A stretch of 63,198 nucleotides of DNA, filler included, from Octopus bimaculoides (lineage: Eukaryota), in the NCBI RefSeq assembly GCF_001194135.2. It is 5 parts of 5 records of this genome, joined end to end, with 100 filler letters (N's around TTAATTAATTAA, not from the genome) between each part and the next. Parts side by side here need not be neighbours in the genome. Positions count along the whole stretch, not along the records: positions 21,742 to 39,573 come from NC_068982.1; 4 more parts are not named here. One strand, written 5' to 3'. The notes beneath the pieces were generated by a model, which saw only the letters and a program-made list of their open reading frames with translations, made no database searches and was not told the origin of the DNA. The translations under genes and the position numbers were made by a program. How positions within the stretch are numbered: the first letter of the stretch is position 1; each line of letters starts with the position of its first letter. Below, in pieces: positions 25,341 through 38,736 of this stretch.

Positions 25341-26249
25341 TTTATTATAATAATAATAATAATAATTATTATTATTATTATTATTATTATTATACAAAAT
25401 TCACTGTAATATCACCATACAGTACAGTTTTTTTCTTTATTCTTTCACATGCCATTATTTTCTGATAGTATGGGTTGGATAAGCTGGGCAAATTTGGTCA
25501 TTTGTTGGATGCTATTGGAGCAAATAGTGTTTTACAACTTAATATTTTTTGTACAGTTAATCGTGGAAATGGAACTTGTTGGCTGGATTGACTGAAGCAA
25601 GCAAAATATTTTCTTTTGTCCAAGTGGACCAATACGAACAAGTTTGAACTGATTTACTTCAGCTATCTAATCCTTAACCTCATATAACAATAATCTTTTA
25701 TTTTATGTCTTTCTTTTCAACTTGTAATTTTTGACATTAATGCCTTTTTTTTTTTTACTTTAATGCCTCTATTTTTGGCTTTCATAGTATAAAGTTTTAT
25801 CATTAAATGTTTTCATTGAAAAAAAATCTCTGTTGAGGGGTTTCTCACTTGGTTGTAATTTGATTTCGGTCATTTTTTTCACTCCTAAATCTTGTAAAGC
25901 TGGTTGGTTTCAAAATCCAGCTAACCCTTTATGTCCCAATCATGTTGATACCTGGTTTTATTCCTCTATAGCAGCCATTACCTCAGTAACACAGAAGAAT
26001 ATAGTATTATGAATGTGTCAATATACATGGAGCATATTTTAATTAGTTAATTGCATCAGTACCCTTTTTTAATTTTATAGTCCATTTTCCTGATAAGTAC
26101 CCACTTTTCTTTTCTTTACTCTTATGCTCTCCCCCCCCCTCTCTCTCTCTCTCTCACAGGTTCAACAATCTCTTTGTATTGCATCCTGTTTAGTCATCAT
26201 ATTTATATCTAGTAATTCACTGGAAAGTAACTCTTAAATCAGGATACAT

Positions 26250-26280
<31 letters not shown>

Positions 26281-26431
26281 AATTCTCGTTTGCCATAAGC
26301 AGGACCAATAACCAGTTGTTAGAACTCAGTAAATTTATGTACAATATTACTGAGCTCCAGCAGTGAGATGGGGTGAATTTACTGACATCCTCTGCTTCAA
26401 ACTCTTATATGAACCAAAAGATAAGTACAGA

Positions 26432-26606
26432 GGTTAGGAGTGGCTGTGTGGTAAGTAGCTTGCTTACCAACCACATGGTTCCGGGTTCATTCCCACTGCG
26501 TGGCACCTTGGGTAAGTGTCTTCTACTATAGCCTTGGGCCGACCAAAGCCTTGTGAGTGTTTTGGTAGATGGAAACTGAAAGAAGCCCGTCTTACATATA
26601 TATATG

Positions 26607-26639
<33 letters not shown>

Positions 26640-26835
26640 GTTTGTCCCCACCCCCCCAGCATCGTTTGACAACCGATGGTGGTGTGTTTACATCCCCGTA
26701 ACTTAGCGTTTCGGCAAAAGAGACCGATAGAATAAGTACTAGGCTTCCAAAGAATAAGTCCTGGGGTTGATTTGCTTGACTAAAGGTGGTGCTCCAGCAT
26801 GGCCGCAGTCAAATGACTGAAACAAGTAAAAGGGA
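26432..26835 (+). mobile_element. Full-length CORE-type SINE with central (TA)n(TG)n
   Basis: Same head, core and tail as 20003-20426 and 56486-56882. Confidence 0.9.
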
Positions 26836-28249
26836 ATGACAAAAGAACAGGAGTCCATGGTCACTTATATTGGTTTGCAGCTGTTCCAGTTATATTGAAC
26901 TGTTCACCCAGCATTGAGTGCAATGCAACATCTTAAAGCTTCATCAGATCCTTTACATACTGAAGAAGCTGTAAGATATTGCAATAGCACTCAACTCTGG
27001 GTACTGCACAGTTCCTTATCATCAAAACTGCTATAAGCTAATGAAGGTGATTATGTAACTCTTGTTCTCTTGTCATTCACACACACACGCATTGAATAGT
27101 TATCAAAAGAAAAAAAACATTTACTATTTATTCCTTTCACTACAATATTATTCCTGCAGATAAGTGCCTTACTTGCACACATATGCATACATATGTGAAT
27201 GCATGTGTGTGTATGTATATGTACACACACATATATATATATATATGTATAGATATGTACATATATATATGCATGTATATACACACACTAGGTATCACAT
27301 TAGTAAGATCAGTATTTATTAACATGAAGTTGATATTTAAATGCTACTCTATTGCTGAGGCAATTAACATATTTGCTAATTGGTGATGCCCTATATAAAA
27401 ATCTATTGCAGGAACCACCTTAGGCACATTGAAATTACTTTCTTTACTTTATGTTTATCCCATGGAAATGGATATATATTTACAACTATACATTTTAACA
27501 AATATATTGTAGAAGCATCTAACAGTTATTCTCTTTTGTTTCATCAGTTTTTACATCTAAATGGTATTTTGACATGTGGGACTATGTTTAATAAGTAAAA
27601 TTGTAACATTTAGATTCCCTATTTTCTGTTCTGTTGAAAGATTAATTTTTAGAGCTGATCTCTACTGCTGATTCGTTATTCCTCACTAAACATTTGTGGT
27701 GTGGGCAATTACTTAAACCCTCATAACTTTTGTTCTCTCTTTCCCCTTTCAGATTGTAATGGTGATCATAGATAGAGTCTAGCTTTTCATCACATCCTTA
27801 TGCCTGATTATAAATTCTTGGTATTCTTTTAATGCAAGTGATTCCTGCTGTTGAATCCAAAACTGTTTCATTCAGTGAAGAAGTATTAAGATTCTATAAT
27901 TCTTTTCAATATCACTTTTCTAAATAATTAACTGAATTAGTCGTTAATCAAAGGTAAAATTTGAGGGAAAAAACATGAAGACATAAAAATCCGTACTTTA
28001 GTCCTTTTTTTTTCTATATTTTCACCATTAACTGTTTTTATGTAGATATTCACATGGGGGTAGTTATCATCCCATAGTCATAATTACTGATAGCTCATGC
28101 TAATTTATTTCATCTCTGAAGTGGTGTATCTTCCTTGACTAAGCATATCACCTTTGACCTGGTTGGTTTAGCTGAAGGAACTAATAAATGATTGAATTAA
28201 AATTATGTTTATTACTTTATTTTTTTTATTAGTTATTGACTTCATATAT

Positions 28250-28400
28250 ATAAGTGGACTGGCAGAATCGTTAGTGTCAAACAAAATATCTGTGGTATTT
28301 AGTTACAGCCTTTACAATCTGAGTTCAAATCTTGCTGAGGTCATCTTTGCCTTTCATCCTTCTGGGGTTAATAAAATAATATACTGGGGACATTTTATCT
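28250..28400 (+). mobile_element. Partial Meta-domain-like SINE
   Basis: 'ggcagaatcgttag...tctgagttcaaatcttgctgaggtcatctttgcctttcatcc'. Confidence 0.7.
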
Positions 28401-31137
28401 TTGATGCTTTATGGTGGGAAGAGAAGGACAATATTCATCCGGTGTTGTTTAAGGGAATCTAGTGCCAACACTAGAAAGCAGATTGTAATTGCAATTTCCA
28501 GTGGAGATGTAACTTGACTTATATCTGATATCTATTTATACATGAAGTAAAGCTAAGGTGCTGCTGTAAAATTCTACTGAATTGGTGACTCTGCTCTTGA
28601 CAAACACTGTAATTTATGCTTTAACATGTCAGTTACCCAAGAACCATCAGTAGTAATACCACTTGTGGTCACAGTTTTACATTTAAATCATTTACTTGAT
28701 GTGTTAAAAAAAAAACCCCCAAATAAAACCAAAAATATAGTATTTTATCATCCTCATCTCATCCCACATGTATCTGTTTGTACTGTGTGTATTTACACAC
28801 AGCAAATGTTTTATTTTTTTTTCCCAAATGGAAATTCCTTTATTTCAGGTCATCTTGCTTTAGGTATTCCTTATTATAAATTCTGTGAATGCTGAACCAG
28901 TGTCTTATGCTTTATTTTATTCTATTTATTTCATACTGGAACTTTCTTCTGCATATTTGTTAAAGATGGGCTTTTGAGTTTTTATTTCTTTATTATAATT
29001 ATAATTATTATTATTATCATCATCATCATTTTTGTTAATTGTTATTATCAAAGATTTGTTTACTAAAAGAAAAAAAAAATGGTTTCCATTTAGAATTATT
29101 TTTTATTTATTTTTTTCATTTTATTTTAAACAGTTCCCAAATGTATTTATTTTTATGTTTGATTTTTGTAGCATTCTGACTTTGTTATCAAAATCAGTAT
29201 AAATATTTTGAGCCATTTGTAACCCCCCCTTATCTGCTTCCTGTGGAATTCTGTCTTTGGCAGTGCCTTGTTGTATCTCTATTTACAAATTTTTTTATAA
29301 TTGCTGCTGCATCTGTTTATACCAAAAGAAACTAGAAATGAAATCATGAGACCTGTGGCATTACCAAATCTAGTCTTCTAATTAACAGCAATTTAAACTG
29401 AATGAAGATGCGAACAATTTTTAATAAAATGGTTTGAAAATATATTTTAACTTGCTTCCCCCACGAACTGTATATTATAACAATGTACCTAAAAATAATC
29501 TTAAGTTTCAATACTTAAAAGACACAGAAATAAGCAAGTTTTTTTCAAAAAGTTTTTTCTTATTCTAATTTCTGAGATATTTGCAGAGAATTGTTTTTTT
29601 AAATTGTATATTAGAACTAAAATAATTAGTGTGGAAGACACATATTAACAATTCAAAAACATACTAAAACTGCTAATTTCACTAAAAGAAGAAAAGAAAA
29701 TGTTTACCTGAAGTTAATAGTTTGTGTCTTTGAATGGCTAAAATGAAAGACTGTAATTCCACACTGTAATTCTCTTTTAATAATTTTCTTTAAATTCTAT
29801 TTTTAAATGCTTTGATTTATTTACAAGATAAATGCTAAAAAGAAAAAATATATATAAAGAAATCAAATGCATTTTTAAAATTTTTATTTTTGGCAGGTGA
29901 GAATAATCAAATTTACATGCCCCAAAAGCAAATTAAACATTTTAAGGCTAAAATTTGTGTGTGTGTATTTTTTTTTTAATGACTAGATTTGGAAGTAACA
30001 TTCTGCTGTGTTGAAACTACAATTGAGGTGTTATTATTAAGTAAAGTATCTACATAAATATTAATTTATCTTGAGTTGAGTTCTGAGATGAATACCCATG
30101 TACTCTATTGTTGTCTTACCTGGGTTGGTACAGTTTCATGTGGAGGATACCTTTTACTCTGGTGGAAGGAACATTTAAAACGAGCATCAGACATTAACCT
30201 TATTTATGAAGATAAAATTCTTCATATTGAACAGGTGAAATAGTTATCAACCATGTACCTGCTTCACTATATTACAGCTAATCACTGTGTTGCTTATAGA
30301 GAGTTTAGACTTGTTACCTGTCTGATATTGGTTCAACCAGTGCCAGTCACTGTACTCTAGTTTAGCGGAATTAATTGCTAAGATGAAAGTAATCAGTTTT
30401 ACCAAATGATGATAACCAATCAGATGCCTTATAGACCACTACTGTTTTATTTTTAAGTTCAGTTCTGTACACATTAAATGGTTTTGGAATATAGTACCAT
30501 GTCAATGTCTCTCCAATTAATACTCAACTGGGACTCCTATGTACTCACCATGCCTTGTTTATATTCTGTTGTACACAGGTCTATGAAATGTCAAAAAAAA
30601 AAATTGTGTGTGTATATATATATACATATATATATATATGCTTACATGCTTTATGTATATATATATATAAGCATACACCATTTCATATACATACATACAC
30701 ACACATGTATTACACATACCTCTCTCCTTTCTCTGCTAAATGCAGCACAACTTCATTAGAACAGTCATTATTTTCTTGTTTTGTTTCTCTGCTTGGGACA
30801 TTAGGGGTTTCATTGTTTTTTAATGTCCATTGCCGAAAAAAGACTTTGTTACAAAATTTGAACATTGTTGTATTGGAACTAATTTGGTTGTTCACAGCAG
30901 CTGACTGGATCCTCTTTGGAAAGTGTTCTTCTCACCCTTAAATTAATTCACTGCTGTGGAAACATCATATATTATAAAATGAATATGAAAATAACATTTT
31001 AAAGAATAAAATTTCTACAATAATATGTATGTGTGTGNNNNNNNNNNNNNNNNNNNNNNNNNNNNNNNNNNNNNNNNNNNNNNNNNNNNNNNNNNNNNNN
31101 NNNNNNNNNNNNNNNNNNNNNNNNNNNNNNNNNNNNN

Positions 31138-31445
31138 TTAAATAAGTACCAGTTATGCACTGGGGTTGATGTAATCAACTTAATTCCCTCACCTAAGCTG
31201 CCTTTGTGGCAAAAATTTGAAATCATTATTATTATTAGGGCAATGAGCTGGTTGAATCATTACAGTACCAAACAGAATGCTTAATGACATTCCTTTTGGT
31301 ACATTATATTCTGTTCAAATTCTGTTGCAATTGACTTTACATTTCATCATTTTACAGTCAATGAGCTAAGTACCTGTTGAGCACTGGAATCAATCTCCCA
31401 ATATTTCAGGCCTTGTACCGATAGTAAAAGGGATTATTATTAGTA
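31138..31445. mobile_element. Fragments of Meta-domain-like SINEs
   Basis: 'aaataagtaccagttatgcactggggttgatgtaatc...caaaaatttgaaatcattatt', followed by a second degenerate copy. Confidence 0.65.
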
Positions 31446-31936
31446 GCAGTAGCAGCAAGGTTGCAGATTGGCCCAATGGTTTTATAACTGAAAGAAGTGA
31501 TATTGTTATTTTAATGTTCACTGTTCTGTGCTCATGTAGGTTAGACTGAATTTGTTAAAGCAGATTTTCTACAGCTACATGCCTTTCTTGTTGCTAACCC
31601 TCACTTGTTTGCCAGCAAGGTAATAATAATTAACCTTAATCAAACTTAACAGTGACCCTTATTTACAACAATCATGGTATACCAAGACAAAAAACACATT
31701 GGAGCTCAATGCTGCCCTGCAATATGCCAGATACTGTCAAGCCATTTAACCCATAACAATATGGAAAACAGATGTTAAATAAGAATGATTTTATTTTTAT
31801 ATATATATCAACTCTAAATAAGCAACAGGACATGCTATTACTTATATTGATTTAATTCACCTTCAAGCTGTGTGGATAAAACTGGACTGACATGCTTCAA
31901 CTTAGGTACCTAATTCAACCGAAACTCAATTATGTA

Positions 31937-32910
31937 GCTCATACACTCCTCTCCATACACTTTCTGCAACTTTGCATAGGCCTCTTAACAGATATCGCCA
32001 TGACAACTTTCTCTGTCATGGTCAATGTGACAATCACATGCTACACATCTTCCAAGCACTATTGTAAACATCGGAAGTAAGCAAGAGCTTTAAAACTTAG
32101 TTTGCATACACAGCAGAGTTCAAGGTCAATCTTTGCCAAGCAGCTTCACTCCGCGTGCTCTAGCCTTGTTGCTATGGCAACAGTCCGGATACTTATTGAT
32201 CAGATCTCGTATATTGCACATCATCACTTATCTCAGGTAATTTGAAAAGCAGTTTAAAAGGAAAATTGCCTGTAAATGAGTTTGTATTCAGGTACATTTC
32301 AAATTGCTTCACAGATATTTTCTCAATCGAAATCTAAATCTAATATGGCTGTGTAGTTAAAAAATTCAGTTCCCAACCACATGGCCTATGCAAAGTTGCA
32401 GAAAGTGTATATGGAGAGGAGTGTATGAGCCACACACAAGTGTAGAAGTGGTTCGAACGTTTCCAAGATGGCCGAAAAAATGTCAATATTGACAAACGTT
32501 CTGGGAGACCCACAACCAGCAGAACTGAGAAAAACATCACAAATGTACATGCAGCTGTGAGGGGAAATCACTGAATCACTATCCGTGAGTTATCAGAAGA
32601 TGTGCAGATCAGTTACGGCTCAGTTCAGTCCATTATCACTGAACATTTGTGTATGAGACGTGTGTCTGCCAAGTTTGGCAAAACATGATGCAGATTCTCT
32701 GTTCAACTTTCTGTCGTGGTTAATGCGACGATCACATGCTACACACCCACCTTCCAAGTACTGTTGTAAACAGCGGAAATGTGCTAGAACGTTAAAACTT
32801 AGTGAGTACACACAGCAGAGTTCAATATCGATCTGTGCTAAGCAGCTTCACTCTTTGTACACTAGCTTTGTTATAGCAATAGTCCAGATACTTATTGATC
32901 AGACCATGTA
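31937..32910. mobile_element. Rearranged mariner relic: two minus-strand left ends plus an inverted N-terminal coding piece
   Basis: TIR-like 'cagtccggatacttattgatcagatctcgta' (32181-32211) and 'agtccagatacttattgatcagaccatgta' (32881-32910). Plus-strand 32383-32675 encodes AYAKLQKVY/GEECMSHTQV*KWFERFQDGRKNVNIDKRSGRPTTS...ITIRELSEDVQISYGSVQSIITEHLCMRRVSAKF. Confidence 0.85.
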
Positions 32911-33334
32911 GATGTCCTTTATAACACAAGCTGTTTTAGTGAAATTCTACCCACAGATATCTTCAAAGATCAATAGTCTAACATTTTAAGATATTCGTTA
33001 ACACTATTTGAATAGATGCCATTTGCTTGGATGTTATATATTCTCACAAATAACTTTTTTATTTATTTCACACACTAATATGATAGAAAAGTATCTATCA
33101 ATTGGTGACATGTCCTGGAGAAGTGGGTAAAAGCAACAGTCCTAAATAAATCTCACAGAAAAATGTATCTGCTACTTTTCCAGTTCTACCATCTTTGCTC
33201 TATGACAAATAATAGGCATCATAACAGAAGTAGAATGATTTATCTTTATGACCCCTTCCCCCAGTTTTTATTGGGTTTACAACTTCATGCCTCTTGCAAA
33301 TATTTAGTGCCCATTGGTTATTTCATTATCATCA

Positions 33335-33560
33335 TTTTAATGTCCATTTTTCCATGCAAGCATAGGTCAGATGGAATTTGTTGAGGTAGATTTTCTATGG
33401 CTGGATGCCCTTCCTGTTGCCAACCCTCACCTGTTTTCAAGCAGGGTAATATTTCCCCATAACCAGAAATGTTTCCATGGAAAATTGGAAATGAAGAACA
33501 CTGTTTGCTTGATGGTGACACTTGTTTGCAACTATCATGCAAGTTTAAGGCAAGGAGACA
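33335..33560 (-). mobile_element. RTE-tail-type SINE/LINE 3' fragment
   Basis: 'catcattttaatgtccatttttccatgc...ggatgcccttcctgttgccaaccctcacctgtt' is the reverse of the tail at 20826-20986. Related copies lie at 36270-36480 and 36590-36830. Confidence 0.7.
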
Positions 33561-33888
33561 CACACACACATTCTTTTACTTGTTCCAGTCAGTTTATTGT
33601 GACCAAGCTGGAACACCACCTTGAATGGTTATAGATGAACAAATCGACCCCAGTGCTTATGCTATCAGTCTCTTTTTTGCTGAACTGCTAAGTTATAGGG
33701 GGAAGTAAAAACACCAACACCGGTTGTCAAGCAGTGAGACAACCCCAAACCATGTGGTTGGGAAGCAAGTTTCTTACCACACAGCCATACCTTTATATTT
33801 ATATATATATAATGAGCTTCTTTTAGTTTCTGTCTACCAAATCCACTCACTAAGCAATGACTGGCTTGAGGTTATAGTAGAAAGCACT

Positions 33889-34972
33889 GATCTTTTCAAT
33901 CTCAGTCACAGATTTTTGAATTAATTTTTTTTTAAATAAACAGTTTGAAACTTCAGATACTGGTTGAATGTGTCACTTAGAACACAGTTTACTCTTAACG
34001 TTTTTGACAAAATTTTCTATTTTAGAAGTTATTCCATGTTAAAGTTGTCGTATTTGGGTAATTTTAACCAATCAATGATGTGTATTCAACTGAAGAAAGT
34101 TACTGCTGTTTGCGAAAGTAATGGAAGAGCAACATCAAGGTCATCAGATCATCTATTTTGGACGCTGCATACATATATGTATGTAAATACACAGACACAT
34201 GTATACGTATATACATATACCAATACATACACACACAGGCAATTTTTAGAACAGTGAGGAAAGGAAAGGGAGGTGGGTGTGAGGAATACATAGCTTTAAG
34301 GGAGGGGGATAGTGAAGTTAACGACAGTTGTTCATGCTGTCATTCACACACACACTTTCAAATGTAAAGCTGATAAAACCCAGAATGGAAGCAAGGAAAA
34401 GGAGAGAGTTTAATAAATTAATATGCAGTGGTAGGGGGTTGGTAAGTTTATATAAGCTGTCATTCAGATCGTCAACACACCACCACTCTCACCATTCTCT
34501 CTCTCTCTCTATGATTTGCTGGAAATAACAGCCAAATCTCTCTCAATGTCACACACTAACATTATATAAACGAGAGGACACATTGGATAAGATGGAAAAC
34601 AAATACGCACACACATATGTATGTATTCCCTATAAAAGAACTTTGTTTTTCTCACCCACCTTTCTTATCTTTTATACTTTTCTCCCACCTCTCTCTCTCT
34701 CTTTCATGACCCGATGACCTGGAAGTTGTTGCTCTTCCATTACTTTTGCAAACAGCAGTAACTTTTTTCAGCTGAATACATGTCACTGATTGGTTAAAAT
34801 TACCCAAATATGACAACTTTAACACGAAATAACTTCTAAAACACAATTTTTTTTCAAAAACGTTAAGAGTAAACCATGTTCTACGTGATACATTCAACCA
34901 GCATCTGAAGTTTCAAATTGTTTAGTTAAAAAAAATTAATTCAAAAATCTGTGACTGAGATTGAAAAGATCC
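33889..34972. mobile_element. Non-autonomous long-TIR foldback DNA transposon (Mutator-like) inserted in a CORE SINE
   Basis: About 264-bp inverted arms (33889-34152 / 34706-34971) starting GATCTTTTCAATCTCAGTCACAGATTTTTGAATTAATTTTT. Flanking direct repeat GAAAGCACT (33880-33888, 34973-34981). Confidence 0.85.
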
Positions 34973-35099
34973 GAAAGCACTTACCTAAGAAACCAAGCAG
35001 TAGGACAGAACCTAAAATCATGAAGTTGGGATGCAAACTCTTTAACACACATCTTCACCTGTACTTATCATTTAATTTCTAAAAAAATTGTTTACCATT

Positions 35100-35262
35100 G
35101 CCCAATTTTTCTCTCAATAAAAAGCATCCAGCACACTCTAAGTGGTTGGAATTAGGAAGGGCATCTAACCATAGAAACCATGCTACAACAGATAGTTGGA
35201 GTCTGGACAGCTCCATGTCAAACCCATGGCAGCATGGAGAGCAGATGTTGAATGATGATGTT
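35100..35262 (+). mobile_element. RTE-like 3' tail fragment
   Basis: 'aagtggttggaattaggaagggcatctaaccatagaaacc...gcatggagagcagatgttgaatgatgatg'. Confidence 0.7.
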
Positions 35263-36269
35263 CAGTATTATAAAATTCTAAACAAAATCAAAGATAATTA
35301 AAAATATGCTGCTTGTTCTAAGATATTTATATATCTAAGGCATACCTCTATAGACATGATGTTCATTTCACATCTGCAGGTTTTGGATCCAATCCTACTG
35401 CATAGCACCTTAGACTAATGTCTTCTAATGAAACTTATAAGTAGCATTTGGTAGACAATATTTGTGCAGAAACCTGCTCTGTGTGTTGTGTTTCTGTATA
35501 TGTTAACCAGGGTAAAATATTAAGTTGCATCCCTTAATATCCGAAGGTAACTTAACCATTCAACAGAGATCAATAAAATAAGTACTGGCATTGATGTGAT
35601 ATCAACTAAAACCCTAGAAGGCAGTATTCCAGCATGGTTGCAGTACAATGACCGAAACCAATAATAAAAGAAAATATATCCATCTCTGCTTTCTATAATG
35701 CTATGTGACTGAGAGATAAATCTACAGCAATGGCCTTTCCCCCTGATAGTAGCTTTTTACTACTAAGTGTCATTGATACATTCACATCGAAGCTTTTTAC
35801 TACTAAGTGCCATAGACACGTTCACATAGAAATAGGACACAGACTGCTTACCTCTCAACTGATTGTTCAGTACCTTATTAACATGGCCAACCTACATTTA
35901 ATAAAGATAATTTTTAACTCTGGACCCTGCCATGACCTACTTCAGTAGTACACTCAGTCTCATTGCCCCATTTAACACCACCCTCTGGCATCTTGGGTGC
36001 CTTTAGCTGAGTCCACTCTGTTGTAAGCATTTCAGACCGGTCTCTGATTTAGAGATATGTTCTCACTTAGTAGCCTTGAAAGTCCTATAAAAGGCCATGG
36101 GAACTGCCTCCTCTCCTGGCAAAAAAAGGTAAAAAAAACCCAACTATTTAAAAAAAATTAAATAGTGAAAGGAGGAGTGACAGTGCCCATGACATTTACC
36201 AGTCCCGGGAAGACCAATAAAGGTAGAAGTTCTAATTCTCTCACTATCATGATAATCATCATAATTTCT

Positions 36270-36830
36270 AATGTCTATTTTTCCATGCTTGCAAAGCTCA
36301 GATGGAACTTAATGAGATAAATGTTTTGTGGCTGAATGCCCTTCTTGTCAACAACCCTCACCTATTTCCCAGTAAGGTGATGTTTCCCCATGGCCAGACA
36401 TATTTTCACAGAAGATTGGAAATAAAGGACATAGCTTACATGACCACGACACTTGTTTACAACCACCAATGTCAAGACAAAGGGACATCTAAAACAAGAT
36501 AAAATATGTTAGAATTTAAAAATGAGTTTGAAAGCAGAATTTAAGACACAAAACAAAAGCTGAGTTGGTAAATTGCTTAACCCATCACCATCATCGTTTT
36601 AATGTCCATTTTTGTATGCTTGTGTTAGTTGGATGAAGTTTAATGAGGCAGTTTCTTTTATAGCCAGATGCCCTTCATGTTGCTAACCCTCACCTGTTTT
36701 CAAGCTAAGTGATATTTTCCCATAGTTGGACATGTTTTTGCATAATATTATATATAAAAGACACTGCTTGTGTGACAGTGACACTCTTTTACATCTATCA
36801 TGCAATGTCAAGACAAGGAGACACAAATAT
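36270..36830 (-). mobile_element. Two RTE-tail-type repeat copies
   Basis: Both carry 'taatgtc.attttt..atgcttg...gatgccctt..tgt..c.aaccctcacct.tttt...gatattt.ccca', as at 33335-33560. Confidence 0.65.
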
Positions 36831-36853
36831 ACACATACTCTCACATATACATA

Positions 36854-38095
36854 GCAGATTGAGTAAAAAGTAAGCAAATTTTTGAACCATGAAGAATTTG
36901 TACCACATTTTTATAGAGTTTTGAATTTTTTTTTAAACATATTTTTGCAATTGTCTAATAATACAGACATAGACTTGTCCAAATGCATCAATAAATTAAC
37001 ATTAATATTTTTTTCATCGTTGTTACAATCATCTGAAATGGAACTGTCAAAGTGCAATATTCGAGCAATTTTGCTATTCAACTTCAAAAAAAGAATGTAA
37101 AGTAGCTGAAACTGCTCGCGGTATCATTGAAACATTTGATGAGGAAATGACTAGTGAGTGGTCAGCTCGAAAATGGTTTAAATGGTTTCACAGTGGAGAC
37201 CTGAGCCTTGAAGATGGTGAGTGTAGTGGACACCCATCTGTCATTGATGATGGTCAATTAAAGACCATCATTGAGAGAGATCCAAATAAAACCCACTCGA
37301 GAACTAGCAAAAGAACTTCAAGTTAGTCAGAAAACTGTCAGCGACCATTTGCATGCGATCAGAAAATCAAAAAAGCTTGACAAATAGGTACCACATGATT
37401 TGAATGAAAATCAGTAAATGTGCAGATATGAAATTTGCTTGTTACTTCACCCGCATAACCAGACAAATCCATTTCTTGACTGCATTGTAACTTACAATGA
37501 AAAATGGATTCTGTAAAACAATAAAGTACGTTCTTCCCAGTGGTCGGACCAAAATGAAGCATTGAAAACCTTTCCTAAACCTGAGCTTGTCAAAAAGAAA
37601 GTCATGGTCACTGTTTGGTGGTGTACTGCTGGACTCATCCACTATAACTTCTTAAAATCCGGAAAAATCACTACTGTAGAAACATATTGTCATAAAATTG
37701 CCAAAATGAATGAAAAACTGTTACTCCTCCATCCCAGATTGGTCAACAGAAGAGGGCCAATCATTCCTCATGACAATGTTCAACCACACGTTTCACTAAT
37801 TACGCTCCAGAACATGAGGGAACTTGCCTACAAAGTGCTTCCCACCCAGCTTATTCCCCAGACCTTTGTCCTACCAACTACCATTTTTTCAAGCACCTTG
37901 ATGGTTTCCTGCAAGAGGAGTTCAAAAATCAAACTGATGCTGAAAGTGCATTCAAAGAGTTCATCAGTTCCAGAACTCCAAATTTTTATGCTACCGAAAT
38001 AAACAAACTTGTAACTCGTAATGGTACTTACTTTGAGTTGAAATATATTGTGATGAATTTCATGTTTCAAAACGTTGCTTACTTTTTACTCAGCA

Positions 38096-38098
<3 letters not shown>
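36854..38098 (+). mobile_element. Near full-length mariner transposon relic with both TIRs
   Basis: TIRs 'tgagtaaaaagtaagcaaatttttgaaccatgaa' (about 36860) and reverse 'tgagtaaaaagtaagcaacgttttgaaacatgaa' (about 38060-38092). Coding pieces MELSKCNIRAILLFNFKK, KKVMVTVWWCTAGLIHYNFLKSG, IIPHDNVQPH. Frameshifted. Confidence 0.9.
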
Positions 38099-38148
<50 letters not shown>

Positions 38149-38580
38149 TACATGGCAGACTTCTTTCAGTTTTCATCTACCAAATCCGATCACAAGTCTT
38201 TGGTTCGCCTGGGCTACAGTAGAAGACACATGACCAAAGTGCCACACCGTAGGACTGAACCTGAAACTGTATGCTTGTGAAACGAACTTCTTAACCACAC
38301 AGTCATGCTTGCCATCAGTAAAAATTCATATCAGTTGTTCAAATTTCTTTTATTATTTGATGTGATGTCACACACTCACACAGACAAGTTTGAGAAATAC
38401 TTGAGAAAAGAAATACATTGTAGCCAGCAGGTCATTAATGTAAAAATGAGCAGACAACAGCGGATTACAGGAGAACAGCATTGAACAGAGATAATAATAT
38501 ATATATATATATACTATTATTATTATTATTATTTAAAGCAACTTGGTTCATCTCCATGCAACTTTAGCTTTCGTGAGCTT

Positions 38581-38633
<53 letters not shown>

Positions 38634-38736
38634 CACATACACACAAATACATATAGTTGCAAAGAGTGAGTCTATGACCATCTTCATGTCTTTGTGTAGT
38701 ATTGGGATATTTGACTGGCTAATGTGTAGCACTTAC

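Noticed and set aside
30118-30330. Several minus-strand GTAAG/GTAAC donor-like sites with short open frames (LMSDARFKCSFHQSKRYPPHETVPTQ)
   Set aside because: The acceptors are weak and the peptide is unrecognised. It could be a downstream exon but is not supportable from sequence alone.
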